Below are positions 26,499 to 34,113 of a stretch of 41,127 bases of DNA, in pieces (the stretch's first letter is position 1; each line of letters opens with the position of its first letter). The notes beneath the pieces are model-generated. The model saw only the letters and a list, made by a program, of their open reading frames with translations, did not search any database and had not been told where the DNA came from. The position numbers were made by a program, and so were the translations under genes. The stretch lies in the NCBI GenBank assembly GCA_050699675.1, contig JBOHFU010000001.1:1-41127 (forward strand), read 5' to 3'. Source of the stretch: Pseudonocardiaceae bacterium. Its GTDB lineage: Bacteria; Actinomycetota; Actinomycetes; Mycobacteriales; Pseudonocardiaceae.

Positions 26499-26546
26499 GA
26501 GTAAGAAGTAAGTCCGAAACAGAAGTTCACAGAATCGAGGGAGATC

Positions 26547-26885
26547 ATGACCACTGCCACTATGACCCGCACCCGCCTCGGCGACAGCCAGCCGTTCTTT
26601 AGCACCCACGCCGCATGCTACGCGCTGGGACTGCATGACAAGAGCGCAGCGGGACGCGAGAGCTGTCGCAGCGGCTCCGCAATCGGGAAGTCGTGCGAAG
26701 CTCAGATGCCACTCTGTGCACACTCGCCCGAGTCAAAGACCATGCACATCGTCAGTGGCGAGACTGGCGAGGGAGTGCAATTCATTCTCTGCAATTCTCT
26801 GAAAGGCAATGCCGTTCCCGAGAAGTGGGAGAATGTTCGCACCGAGCCCACTTGCAAGAACTGCATCAAAAAGTCTCAGAGCTGA
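26547..26885 (+). CDS. Cys-rich hypothetical protein (112 aa)
   Basis: ATG 3 nt after GAATCGAGGGAG (26532-26543). N-terminal HAACYALGLHDKSAAGRESCRSG motif and C-terminal CKNC. Confidence 0.6.
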   Translation: MTTATMTRTRLGDSQPFFSTHAACYALGLHDKSAAGRESCRSGSAIGKSCEAQMPLCAHSPESKTMHIVSGETGEGVQFILCNSLKGNAVPEKWENVRTEPTCKNCIKKSQS

Positions 26886-26897
26886 TTCTCCAGTTTC

Positions 26898-26922
26898 GGG
26901 AGCGGGTTTGCCCGCCCGCTTC
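26898..26922 (+). terminator. Possible intrinsic terminator hairpin
   Basis: GGGAGCGGG-TTTGCCCG-CCCGCTTCC, a 9-bp stem with one mismatch, lies just after the stop at 26885. The T-tract is weak. Confidence 0.35.
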
Positions 26923-26967
26923 CGTTGCTGTTCAATCAGAACTGTCAGAATCGAGGGAGCAGATCTA

Positions 26968-27183
26968 ATGCCGACTTACTTGGATGATCCAGATCATCGA
27001 TGGGAAATTGAGCCCGGCGCGAGTGGTGATGCTTACAATGTGCTGGACGAATTTCTTTCCCGAGTGACGGAAAGACCCGAAGACGCGGACATTATTATCA
27101 AGGGTGCTATGGGATTGATTCGACGTAATGCCGGCGATGCTGTTAAGTGTCTCGACACTTCCATGACCTGGTTTTACGGATAG
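26968..27183 (+). CDS. Hypothetical protein (71 aa)
   Basis: ATG at 26968 downstream of GAATCGAGGGAG (26948-26959). Confidence 0.5.
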   Translation: MPTYLDDPDHRWEIEPGASGDAYNVLDEFLSRVTERPEDADIIIKGAMGLIRRNAGDAVKCLDTSMTWFYG

Positions 27184-27208
27184 TTCGATCTCGAATCGAG
27201 GGGAGATC

Positions 27209-27628
27209 ATGACACCCAAAGAAGTCGCAGATAAATTGGGAGTAAGTGCGAAGACTCTCCGATCGTTCTTGCGTAGAGACCCCAAATACAAGAGCCCGGG
27301 ATCGGGCGGAGCCTACGATCTCACGGGATTCAAGTTTTCCGATATCGAGCGGGAATTCAATGGGTGGCGTAATGCCATCACGCCGAGAGCCAAGCGCAGT
27401 GCAGCTAGCGCAGAAGAATTAATCTCTCCCCTTCTGGGGGAAGATGACAAACCGATTTCTGTACGAAGATTGAAGCGCGGCACTGTTCCCGATGACGTGA
27501 AAGCGGATGCACGAAAGATTAATCGGGACAGAATCGCTCGACTCGAAGCGGCTCTCTTATCCCGCGGACTTCACATATCCCAGATGCGCGATCGAGACGG
27601 ATGGAAAAAGCCATCCAAGAAGAATTGA
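27209..27628 (+). CDS. Helix-turn-helix DNA-binding protein (MerR/excisionase-like HTH)
   Basis: MTPKEVADKLGVSAKTLRSFLRR at the N-terminus. The ATG follows GAATCGAGGGGAG (27193-27205). Confidence 0.6.
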   Translation: MTPKEVADKLGVSAKTLRSFLRRDPKYKSPGSGGAYDLTGFKFSDIEREFNGWRNAITPRAKRSAASAEELISPLLGEDDKPISVRRLKRGTVPDDVKADARKINRDRIARLEAALLSRGLHISQMRDRDGWKKPSKKN

Positions 27629-27635
27629 GGGGATA

Positions 27636-27794
27636 ATGCATAAGCGTAAAGCGGACGACGTTCCGCATAAAGTGCGTCGGGCAAAGAGAGTCCGACGGAA
27701 GAGAAGTGCCAAGCGCAATCTGAGCCAGGCAGATATAACTGCCATGATCCGGGACACATACATTCGGCACAATACAGAGGGGACGTGGAAATGA
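27636..27794 (+). CDS. 52-aa basic protein
   Basis: ATG at 27636 after GAGGGG. Sequence MHKRKADDVPHKVRRAKRVRRKRSAKR... Confidence 0.4.
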   Translation: MHKRKADDVPHKVRRAKRVRRKRSAKRNLSQADITAMIRDTYIRHNTEGTWK

Positions 27795-28204
27795 TGGAGA
27801 ATGGATTTCGAGAGAATGAGTTCGTCTGCACTGATTGCGGGGAGATCTTCATTCCCGAGAAAGTGACAGATCCACACTTTGAGAAGTCCGACGGAACTGA
27901 GTGTGGCGGAAGCGCACTGACAGCACAATTCCTAGTGCAATTCCCGAATCAGCCCGTAGTTTTGTACGACGTTTCCACCGTGATGTATCTTATCCAAACC
28001 CACGGGATGAATGTCGGGCACGGTGGAGAAGGCGAAGAATTCCAGATTTATCACTGGGATGGAGATCACGCTACTCGCGCAGAATTGAGACTTTCCCATA
28101 TAGTCCCATCCCAATTCGGTGATTGGATTACAGACGTGTGGGAATTAAGTGTCGAGGGGAATCGACTATTCAATGTTTGGGTGAAGATCGACGCCAGAGC
28201 GTAG
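27791..28204 (+). CDS. Hypothetical protein with an N-terminal CxxC (137 aa)
   Basis: The ATG at 27791 overlaps the preceding stop (ATGA). The ORF track opens at GTG 27785. Confidence 0.55.
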   Translation: MMENGFRENEFVCTDCGEIFIPEKVTDPHFEKSDGTECGGSALTAQFLVQFPNQPVVLYDVSTVMYLIQTHGMNVGHGGEGEEFQIYHWDGDHATRAELRLSHIVPSQFGDWITDVWELSVEGNRLFNVWVKIDARA

Positions 28205-28239
28205 TCGCGGACTCCACTCGATCGGACGAGGGCTCGACG

Positions 28240-28269
28240 TAACACTTGGGCCCCGTTCGGCGATATACT
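28240..28269 (+). promoter_or_regulatory. Phage promoter cassette P4 (TAACACT-N15-GATATACT)
   Basis: Same motif and spacing. The upstream TCCACTC block is shared with P1. Confidence 0.55.
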
Positions 28270-28316
28270 CAGTGTAAGACGTTCGCAGCAAGAGCCCCGC
28301 AGAGAGAAAAAAGATC

Positions 28317-28439
28317 GTGACCTCAGAACAGATCATCCGTCGAGCCCGTGAGCTAGCTCGCCAGAAGAATCATAAACTCAACGTCGAGCGCAGTAAGCAG
28401 CGCGGACTTGCCGCTATTCGGAAGGCTGAGAAGAAATGA
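28317..28439 (+). CDS. 40-aa basic helical peptide (GTG start)
   Basis: ...AGATCGTG has the same start context as 25438. ATGA overlap with the next gene. Confidence 0.35.
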   Translation: MTSEQIIRRARELARQKNHKLNVERSKQRGLAAIRKAEKK

Positions 28440-28618
28440 ACTACTATTGCACCAATTGCGGCCAAGAAATGGAAGCGGAAGTCATTCGTCCGCCCATTGA
28501 TAAAGACCCGCTCTGTGCCAATTGCCGTTTGCTGTTCGCAATCCGAGGAGGAATGCTATGCCGAATCCTGTCGAAACTGCGCGAGTGGGCTCGGAATTCG
28601 TTGATGTTGATGGTCTGA
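28436..28618 (+). CDS. Zinc-ribbon peptide (60 aa)
   Basis: CTNC-x17-CANC. The 3' end overlaps the next gene by 61 nt, so the true extent is uncertain. Confidence 0.4.
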   Translation: MNYYCTNCGQEMEAEVIRPPIDKDPLCANCRLLFAIRGGMLCRILSKLREWARNSLMLMV

Positions 28619-28782
28619 GAATCCGTCGAGTCCCCGTACAGAGCGAATCCGACGAACGGATAAAGTACACCGTCGTATTCGTGAATGAGATCCCACGCTC
28701 GTGCACTTGCAAGAGATTCCACTTCAAGTCTCAGAATGACCCGAACTTCCGCAATTGCAAGCACATGGATAAGGCAGTCTGA
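28558..28782 (+). CDS. SWIM zinc-finger protein (74 aa)
   Basis: CTC-x15-CKH fits the CxCxnCxH SWIM signature. ATG at 28558 after GAGGAGG. Confidence 0.6.
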   Translation: MPNPVETARVGSEFVDVDGLRIRRVPVQSESDERIKYTVVFVNEIPRSCTCKRFHFKSQNDPNFRNCKHMDKAV

Positions 28783-28785
28783 GCA

Positions 28786-28820
28786 GAGCAGACTTCCCGG
28801 GCTAGTCCCGGGTTTTCTGC
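28786..28820 (+). terminator. Intrinsic terminator at the convergence point of the two transcription arms
   Basis: GCAGA-CTT-CCCGGG-CTAGT-CCCGGG-TTT-TCTGC. A GC stem at 28796-28812 is followed by TTTT. Confidence 0.7.
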
Positions 28821-28845
28821 TGGACGCTCTGAGAGCTCCTGTGCG

Positions 28846-29145
28846 CTATGCGTACTCATCTGCCCTAGCGTCTAGCTCGTCGAGCACTGCGAGAGCTTCT
28901 CGGACGCTCTGAGCAACCACTACGATGCCTCCCGCCTCGCGTATCTTTCTGTGCACGTACTTCTGACGTACGTCCCTCTTTTTATTTGCGGGATCTTTGG
29001 CTTCAATGCCGGCATAATAGCCGCGATAGCAGACAATGAGATCTGGCAATCCCGCCGGCATGTACTCGCTGCCGTGGACTTTGAACACGTATGCCCCTCG
29101 ATTGCGTAACGCTTTCTGCATGGCTCTCTGCAATGGAGTTTCCAT
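28846..29145 (-). CDS. VRR-NUC domain nuclease
   Basis: GLPDLIV...GIEAKD forms a PD-(D/E)xK core of the VRR-NUC type; 99 aa. Confidence 0.7.
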   Translation of the reverse strand: METPLQRAMQKALRNRGAYVFKVHGSEYMPAGLPDLIVCYRGYYAGIEAKDPANKKRDVRQKYVHRKIREAGGIVVVAQSVREALAVLDELDARADEYA

Positions 29146-29168
29146 AATGCCTCATTCCAGAAAGCGGC

Positions 29169-29210
29169 CGTCTGCTCACGGAATCGAGGGGGTTGAAACG
29201 TGAACAGACG
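29169..29210. repeat. 12-bp inverted repeat (one mismatch) around an 18-nt loop
   Basis: CGTCTGCTCACG ... CGTGAACAGACG. The loop contains GAATCGAGGGGG on the plus strand. It lies between the SSB and VRR-NUC genes. Confidence 0.5.
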
Positions 29211-29244
29211 ACCGACATTCATCGTATCACAGACGATTACGGGA

Positions 29245-29895
29245 TCACAATTCTTCCAAATCCTCGTCTTCGTCATCCACGTCCAGCTCTTCCATTTCAT
29301 CGTCGGTCACATCATCGTCTACGGCAGCGCGTTTATTTCCGCGACGGCGCGTAGTAGTCGTCTTACTCGCGGATCTTTTGGACGCGGCAGTACGGGAGCG
29401 AGTCTTTTGAGCCGGCAGTGCCTCTTCCTCTTCGTCGATTTCTTCGTCGTCCAGCGAGGAATTCTCGTCGTCGAGATCTTCCGCCGGGAATACTGCATCG
29501 ATTGTGCTTTTCTCTCGTCCTTCGTATTCGTCGTCGACCAGAGTGATCCCGATGAGTTCCCCGAGAATACTTTCTCGATCGACGTTCACTCGCTTCTTGG
29601 GAACTTTCTTTCCCGCAGCGACGAAGAGATTGTAAAGCTTCCAGAGGGATTCTTTCGTCAGAGTGCAGTGATACGGGTAGCGACATCCGCGACGCTTCAC
29701 CAACTCCAGAACATAAACCCACATTTCGTTATCGTTCTGGGAAACTTCTTCCGTCACTTTCAGAATCTTTGCGAGATAATCCCCCTCGGGAACTCGCTTC
29801 GGGGTAATGCCGCCGCCTTCTTTCACATCGGAGAAATCAAGAGCCCGTTTCGTTGACCCTGGGGCAGCTCTCCGACGACGAGTGGTAGTTGCCAT
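29245..29895 (-). CDS. Single-stranded DNA-binding protein (DUF669 / gp2.5-like) with an acidic tail
   Basis: ITPKRVPEGDYLAKILKV... core and a long D/E-rich C-terminus. Adjacent to the Sak4-like ATPase and Cas4-like nuclease, as is usual for this module. Confidence 0.6.
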   Translation of the reverse strand: MATTTRRRRAAPGSTKRALDFSDVKEGGGITPKRVPEGDYLAKILKVTEEVSQNDNEMWVYVLELVKRRGCRYPYHCTLTKESLWKLYNLFVAAGKKVPKKRVNVDRESILGELIGITLVDDEYEGREKSTIDAVFPAEDLDDENSSLDDEEIDEEEEALPAQKTRSRTAASKRSASKTTTTRRRGNKRAAVDDDVTDDEMEELDVDDEDEDLEEL

Positions 29896-29896
29896 T

Positions 29897-30655
29897 TCAG
29901 CGTGAGACCTTTCCCTCTTCGACAGCCCGAATCAATTTCGGGATAGTCGGGTTGGACAGATATTCTGGAAGTACAAAACTCGATCGATACCCAGTGTCGA
30001 ATCGGATATCGGGTGCTACCCACAATCTTCTCTCGGTATCTCCTTCGTCATTTACTGTAATATAAAGACGACCGATAACGTCCGCTAGCGAGTTGACTGC
30101 ACTTCTCACCCCTGCCGGCAGATCGGCCACTTTCTGCGGAATGACTTCGACGTCCGACTCATCATCTGATTCGTCGTCATCATCCACTGTGATGACTCTT
30201 TCCTGAGCGGTGAAGATAACTCCCATATCCAGAGAATGGAAATTGTGGATGAGGGATTTCATCTGTTCGCCCGACTGATAATAGGTTTTCTTGATTACCA
30301 ATCGTGGTCGAGCCTTCAGATCTTTCTCCATGCTCTGTCGTAAAACGTAACGAATGGACATGGTGTTGATTCGAGTAAGTCCGTCAACATATACCCAATC
30401 GTAATCGTGATTGCTTCCTTTCAGGAATCGATATGCCTCGTCGAGATCCTCCCATTTCTCGATATCCCACACATCAGGGTCTAGTTTGGTCATCCAGTCG
30501 GTTCCGTGCTCAGGATCCAGAAAGAGCCCCTTTCCCAGAAGATTAGCAGTCGAGCACAGTTTGCTTTTCCCCTTTTTGTGGCGTGCGTAAATCATTAATC
30601 TGGGGGGTCGATCGGAATCAGTGGCTCGTCGGATTTTCTTGTGGGTAACAGTCAC
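29897..30655 (-). CDS. RecA-like ATPase (AAA_24 / Sak4-like)
   Basis: Walker A ARHKKGKSKL and Walker-B-like WVYVDG. GTG start preceded by GAATCGAGGGAG (reverse complement of 30661-30672). Confidence 0.6.
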   Translation of the reverse strand: MTVTHKKIRRATDSDRPPRLMIYARHKKGKSKLCSTANLLGKGLFLDPEHGTDWMTKLDPDVWDIEKWEDLDEAYRFLKGSNHDYDWVYVDGLTRINTMSIRYVLRQSMEKDLKARPRLVIKKTYYQSGEQMKSLIHNFHSLDMGVIFTAQERVITVDDDDESDDESDVEVIPQKVADLPAGVRSAVNSLADVIGRLYITVNDEGDTERRLWVAPDIRFDTGYRSSFVLPEYLSNPTIPKLIRAVEEGKVSR

Positions 30656-30677
30656 GGTGGCTCCCTCGATTCTTCTC

Positions 30678-31682
30678 TCACGAGTGTAGTTTATAGTGAT
30701 CCAAAGGGTCCACCTCTCGGTAATTCAGTCGTCGGACGTTATCGGCATTCCCCCCGATCAATTCTGTGGAACATAGCAGGGTGTAATCACAATGAGTTTC
30801 ACACGTTCTATCCACCACTCGCTCGACTGCATCCCGATCCTCGAAATTGTATCGAGCCATTCTTTTCCGAGTCTTATACATTTCCTTGATTTTACGACGA
30901 ATTATTTCCGGATCAGCATCAAGTGCGTGACGAAAGAAAAACGGTGATTCCTGAGTTTTGTCTGGACGCCAGTAAACGGCTTTCAATCGTCGCAAGTCAT
31001 CGGCGTAATCTCGAGGATCCATCTCATTGTCGCGAATTACTTTTGCCAGAGTGGGATAGTCCGTCATAATCTTCCGTTTGCTGAGGGTGTTGTTCTTCAG
31101 AACTCTCGGAATTACGGGGGGCTTCATTCTGACAACATTCCAAATGAATCCCTTAACCTTTATCTTGTTTTTCCATGCTGCCCAGATATACGCCAGGTTC
31201 TGGCTTTCCAGAAGATACATATAAACACCAGGCATTCTGGTTCTGAGTTTGTGGTCGACAATCCAGATATCCCCGTTAGCATCTTCCACCAATAGATCGA
31301 ATCGACACCAGTATTCGGATCCGTCTGGCCAGACTGCGACTAGTTTTACCTCTACGTCCAGAATCTTCCAGCCGTATTTCTTTTCCAATTGATAATGCCA
31401 CAGATAGGATCTCATCAATCGTTCGCAGGAATTCGGAATATCTCCCACTTCTTCGTCGAAAAAGGAGTCCTCGTGCTGGAGAGTCAATTTCTCGTGCACT
31501 GCTCTCCAGTCATTTCCCGAGTAATGAGCCTCCAGAAGATAGTGAAACCACACTCCCATTCTTAATGGACGTCGAATGGAGCGCGGTCTCAGCTTATCAT
31601 AATAGGCATACATTGCCGCACGAGGACAACGACCGAATCGAGAGAGCATGGAGTGGGTAGTAACATCAGGCAGCATAGTCAT
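30678..31682 (-). CDS. PD-(D/E)xK exonuclease, Cas4/RecB-like with four Cys
   Basis: RFDLLVED...IWIVDHK nuclease core. An N-terminal Cys (GRCPR) plus C-terminal CETHCDYTLLC suggest an Fe-S cluster. Confidence 0.7.
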   Translation of the reverse strand: MTMLPDVTTHSMLSRFGRCPRAAMYAYYDKLRPRSIRRPLRMGVWFHYLLEAHYSGNDWRAVHEKLTLQHEDSFFDEEVGDIPNSCERLMRSYLWHYQLEKKYGWKILDVEVKLVAVWPDGSEYWCRFDLLVEDANGDIWIVDHKLRTRMPGVYMYLLESQNLAYIWAAWKNKIKVKGFIWNVVRMKPPVIPRVLKNNTLSKRKIMTDYPTLAKVIRDNEMDPRDYADDLRRLKAVYWRPDKTQESPFFFRHALDADPEIIRRKIKEMYKTRKRMARYNFEDRDAVERVVDRTCETHCDYTLLCSTELIGGNADNVRRLNYREVDPLDHYKLHS

Positions 31683-34110
31683 AGATTCTCTCCTCTGACA
31701 ATTCTTTCAGCTCTTCCCCATTTTCATCGGTGTCCCAGTGCTTCGAGCACTTGATATTGGCAATCAGGGGAACTGTTATGTTGATACCGAAGATCTTATC
31801 AATCGGCAATTCCTGCATGGTCGAGTGAATCAGCGGCAATGCCTCGGGCAGATCTGCTTCCGCTATCTCATAAAGAGCTTCATCGTGCACTGTCCCAAGG
31901 ACTCTCATATCGAGCCCACAGCGTTTCGCTTGCTCGTCGATACGTATGACACTCAGCAGAGTCAAATCGGATGCTAACGACTGCACAGGACTGTTAATCG
32001 CCTGCCGCTCGGCTTCATTACGCACACTTGCACTGTTCGATCGAATGTTGGGCAAATGACGAATCCGACCAATCAGGCTGGACACATAGCCATTCTCTCG
32101 GGCAAACTTCTTTTGCTCTTCGTGCCATCTGGCGAATTCGGGGAATGTCTGGAAGAATGTACGCCGAGCTTTCTTGGCTTCTTCTTCCGTGATCTTAATC
32201 TGATAGCCTCGCCACACTGTGTCAATGAATGTCCTCCAGCTCATTCCATAGATGAACCCGAAGTTAACCCATTTGGCTCTCTTGCGTTCTTCCTTAGTGA
32301 TCTGCTCTTTCGGCTTTCCTGTAAGCTGCATTGCCATAATCATGTGCACGTCTTCTCCACGTGCATAGATCTGGAATACAGATTCGGCATTAGCCATCAT
32401 TGCGGCAATGCGGAATTCCACTTGACTGTAATCTGCCGAAACAAAGACATAGCCGGGAGCAGCGCCAAACAATCTGCGCACGAACAGATTACGTGGAACC
32501 TGCTGGAGATTAACTCCTCGCTGCGGCTTAGCTTGCACTTTCTCCTCGTCGGCCTTACCCGAGGAAAGTCTTCCCGTTACTGTGCCGGTGAGCTTGTAAG
32601 TGGTATGTATTCTGTCGAGATCGTCCATCAACTCGTCGTAAGCCGAGAAGAATGAGGAAACGTACTTATACCACATTCCCCTTTCGAGCAGCAGATCGAT
32701 AACGGGATGATAGGGCCGGAGTTTGAATTTGACTTTCTCGGCCAAAGACGGCAATCCCGTTTTGGGGCTTATCTCCAGAACAGGCAATCCCAGATATTCG
32801 AAGAGCCACCACAGCAGGAACTTACTGGGATTGAAATTGACCAGATAGGGAGTTTCGTCAGGAACCCATTCCATTAACTGCGCTTCAATGTTCTCCAGCT
32901 TCTCTTCGGCAATCTTCCAATTCTCGTGCAACTTGGGTCGGTCTATCCAGATTCCACTTCTCTCGACTTCAGTTATCACACGAGAGGCTGGCATCATTAT
33001 CTTTTGAAAGATCCGATTGAGATTGGGCTGAGCTTCGATCTCTTTGCGCAGAGCGAAATACAGTCGAGCAGTGACCAGCGTATCCTGACCGTTATACTTC
33101 AGAACAGTGGGTAAGGGCTGATTAATCAAGTCATGATTGGGAATCTTCCAAGTGGGAATTCCCAGCTCTTCTCTTCCCAGACTCTCCAGAGCTTTCGATC
33201 GATTCTCGTCGACCAAATGAGCTGCCAACATCGTGTCGAATGTGGCGCTAATGAGAGCACCGAACTCGATAAGCCATCGGCAGTCGAATTTGGCATTGTG
33301 CGCTACGCGGACAGGGATCTTTCTAAGATACCTTCCGATGACTCGAAGAATCTGTCGCCATAGCCGGATGAATGGAGACTCGGGATGATACAGAGGCAAT
33401 ACCCATACGATCTCGGGATCCGTTGAATTCTTATCCCACAAGGTAAAGGCGATACTAATCATTCGGGAGTCGGGTCGCCATTCGTCGAATCCATTTCCCT
33501 CGATATCGAAGGCAACTCCGTGAGCATTCTTCAGTGCCTGAACCAATTCCCTCAGATCGGCTTTATTGTGCACTCGACGATAAGGAACTTTGCGCCATTT
33601 CTCATCGGCTTTTCCCGTGACGAGTGAAGCGAACAGACGGAGATCCCCGTAAAACCCTTTCTCATATCCCGGACTAATCTTCACCGCGCTGGGACTGAGA
33701 GTTCCCATTACTTTGGCTCTGCCGTCTTTGCGCGGATAGACTTTCCCGCGATGCTTCATTATCCCCGAATGGCCGGTGGTTGCTGTCAGTGCCTCATTAC
33801 CAAAAGACAGAATCCATTCAGGATTGACTCGCTCGATCTCTGCATCCAGATATCGCTTGCACGTCTTGACGTCGGATTTGTCGGGGTCCATTGACCACGT
33901 GCGACATTTGATTGCCGACGTCAGATAAAAGTCCTCTTCCAATCCAACATCGGATAAAAGTTTGGCAATTGTCTCATACTTGGCGGGGAATTTAGTAACG
34001 ACCATAATCTTCGAGTAGGCCGGTCCTATCCCCATTACACATCGGTCATCGCCCTCCGCCTCTTGATGCATTGGACAAAGAGTGCAGAATGGATCTCGAA
34101 TGTCTTCCAT
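31666..34110 (-). CDS. polA: Family A DNA polymerase with 3'-5' exonuclease and an N-terminal UDG-family-4-like domain
   Basis: Exo I FDIEGNGF. Pol motif A DYSQVEFRIAA, motif B RKRAKWVNFGFIYGMS, motif C TVHDE. The N-terminus has CTLCP...GIGPAYSKIMVV...AIKCR...CKRYL...FGNEA. Confidence 0.9.
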   Translation of the reverse strand: MEDIRDPFCTLCPMHQEAEGDDRCVMGIGPAYSKIMVVTKFPAKYETIAKLLSDVGLEEDFYLTSAIKCRTWSMDPDKSDVKTCKRYLDAEIERVNPEWILSFGNEALTATTGHSGIMKHRGKVYPRKDGRAKVMGTLSPSAVKISPGYEKGFYGDLRLFASLVTGKADEKWRKVPYRRVHNKADLRELVQALKNAHGVAFDIEGNGFDEWRPDSRMISIAFTLWDKNSTDPEIVWVLPLYHPESPFIRLWRQILRVIGRYLRKIPVRVAHNAKFDCRWLIEFGALISATFDTMLAAHLVDENRSKALESLGREELGIPTWKIPNHDLINQPLPTVLKYNGQDTLVTARLYFALRKEIEAQPNLNRIFQKIMMPASRVITEVERSGIWIDRPKLHENWKIAEEKLENIEAQLMEWVPDETPYLVNFNPSKFLLWWLFEYLGLPVLEISPKTGLPSLAEKVKFKLRPYHPVIDLLLERGMWYKYVSSFFSAYDELMDDLDRIHTTYKLTGTVTGRLSSGKADEEKVQAKPQRGVNLQQVPRNLFVRRLFGAAPGYVFVSADYSQVEFRIAAMMANAESVFQIYARGEDVHMIMAMQLTGKPKEQITKEERKRAKWVNFGFIYGMSWRTFIDTVWRGYQIKITEEEAKKARRTFFQTFPEFARWHEEQKKFARENGYVSSLIGRIRHLPNIRSNSASVRNEAERQAINSPVQSLASDLTLLSVIRIDEQAKRCGLDMRVLGTVHDEALYEIAEADLPEALPLIHSTMQELPIDKIFGINITVPLIANIKCSKHWDTDENGEELKELSEERIYDYAA

Positions 34111-34113
34111 TCG

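Noticed and set aside
25369-28269. Possibility that the four repeated cassettes form a CRISPR-like array
   Set aside because: The repeats are about 30 bp of bipartite motif, separated by irregular 450-1800-bp protein-coding intervals. They always sit ahead of gene starts, which is promoter behaviour rather than a repeat-spacer array.
29200-29856. 218-aa plus-strand ORF with a GAATCGAGGGGG leader, antisense to the SSB gene
   Set aside because: Its Phe/Val/Ile-rich composition is the expected mirror of an Asp/Glu-rich gene. The minus-strand ORF has DUF669-like features and correct module context. The motif is kept as a separate structural finding.
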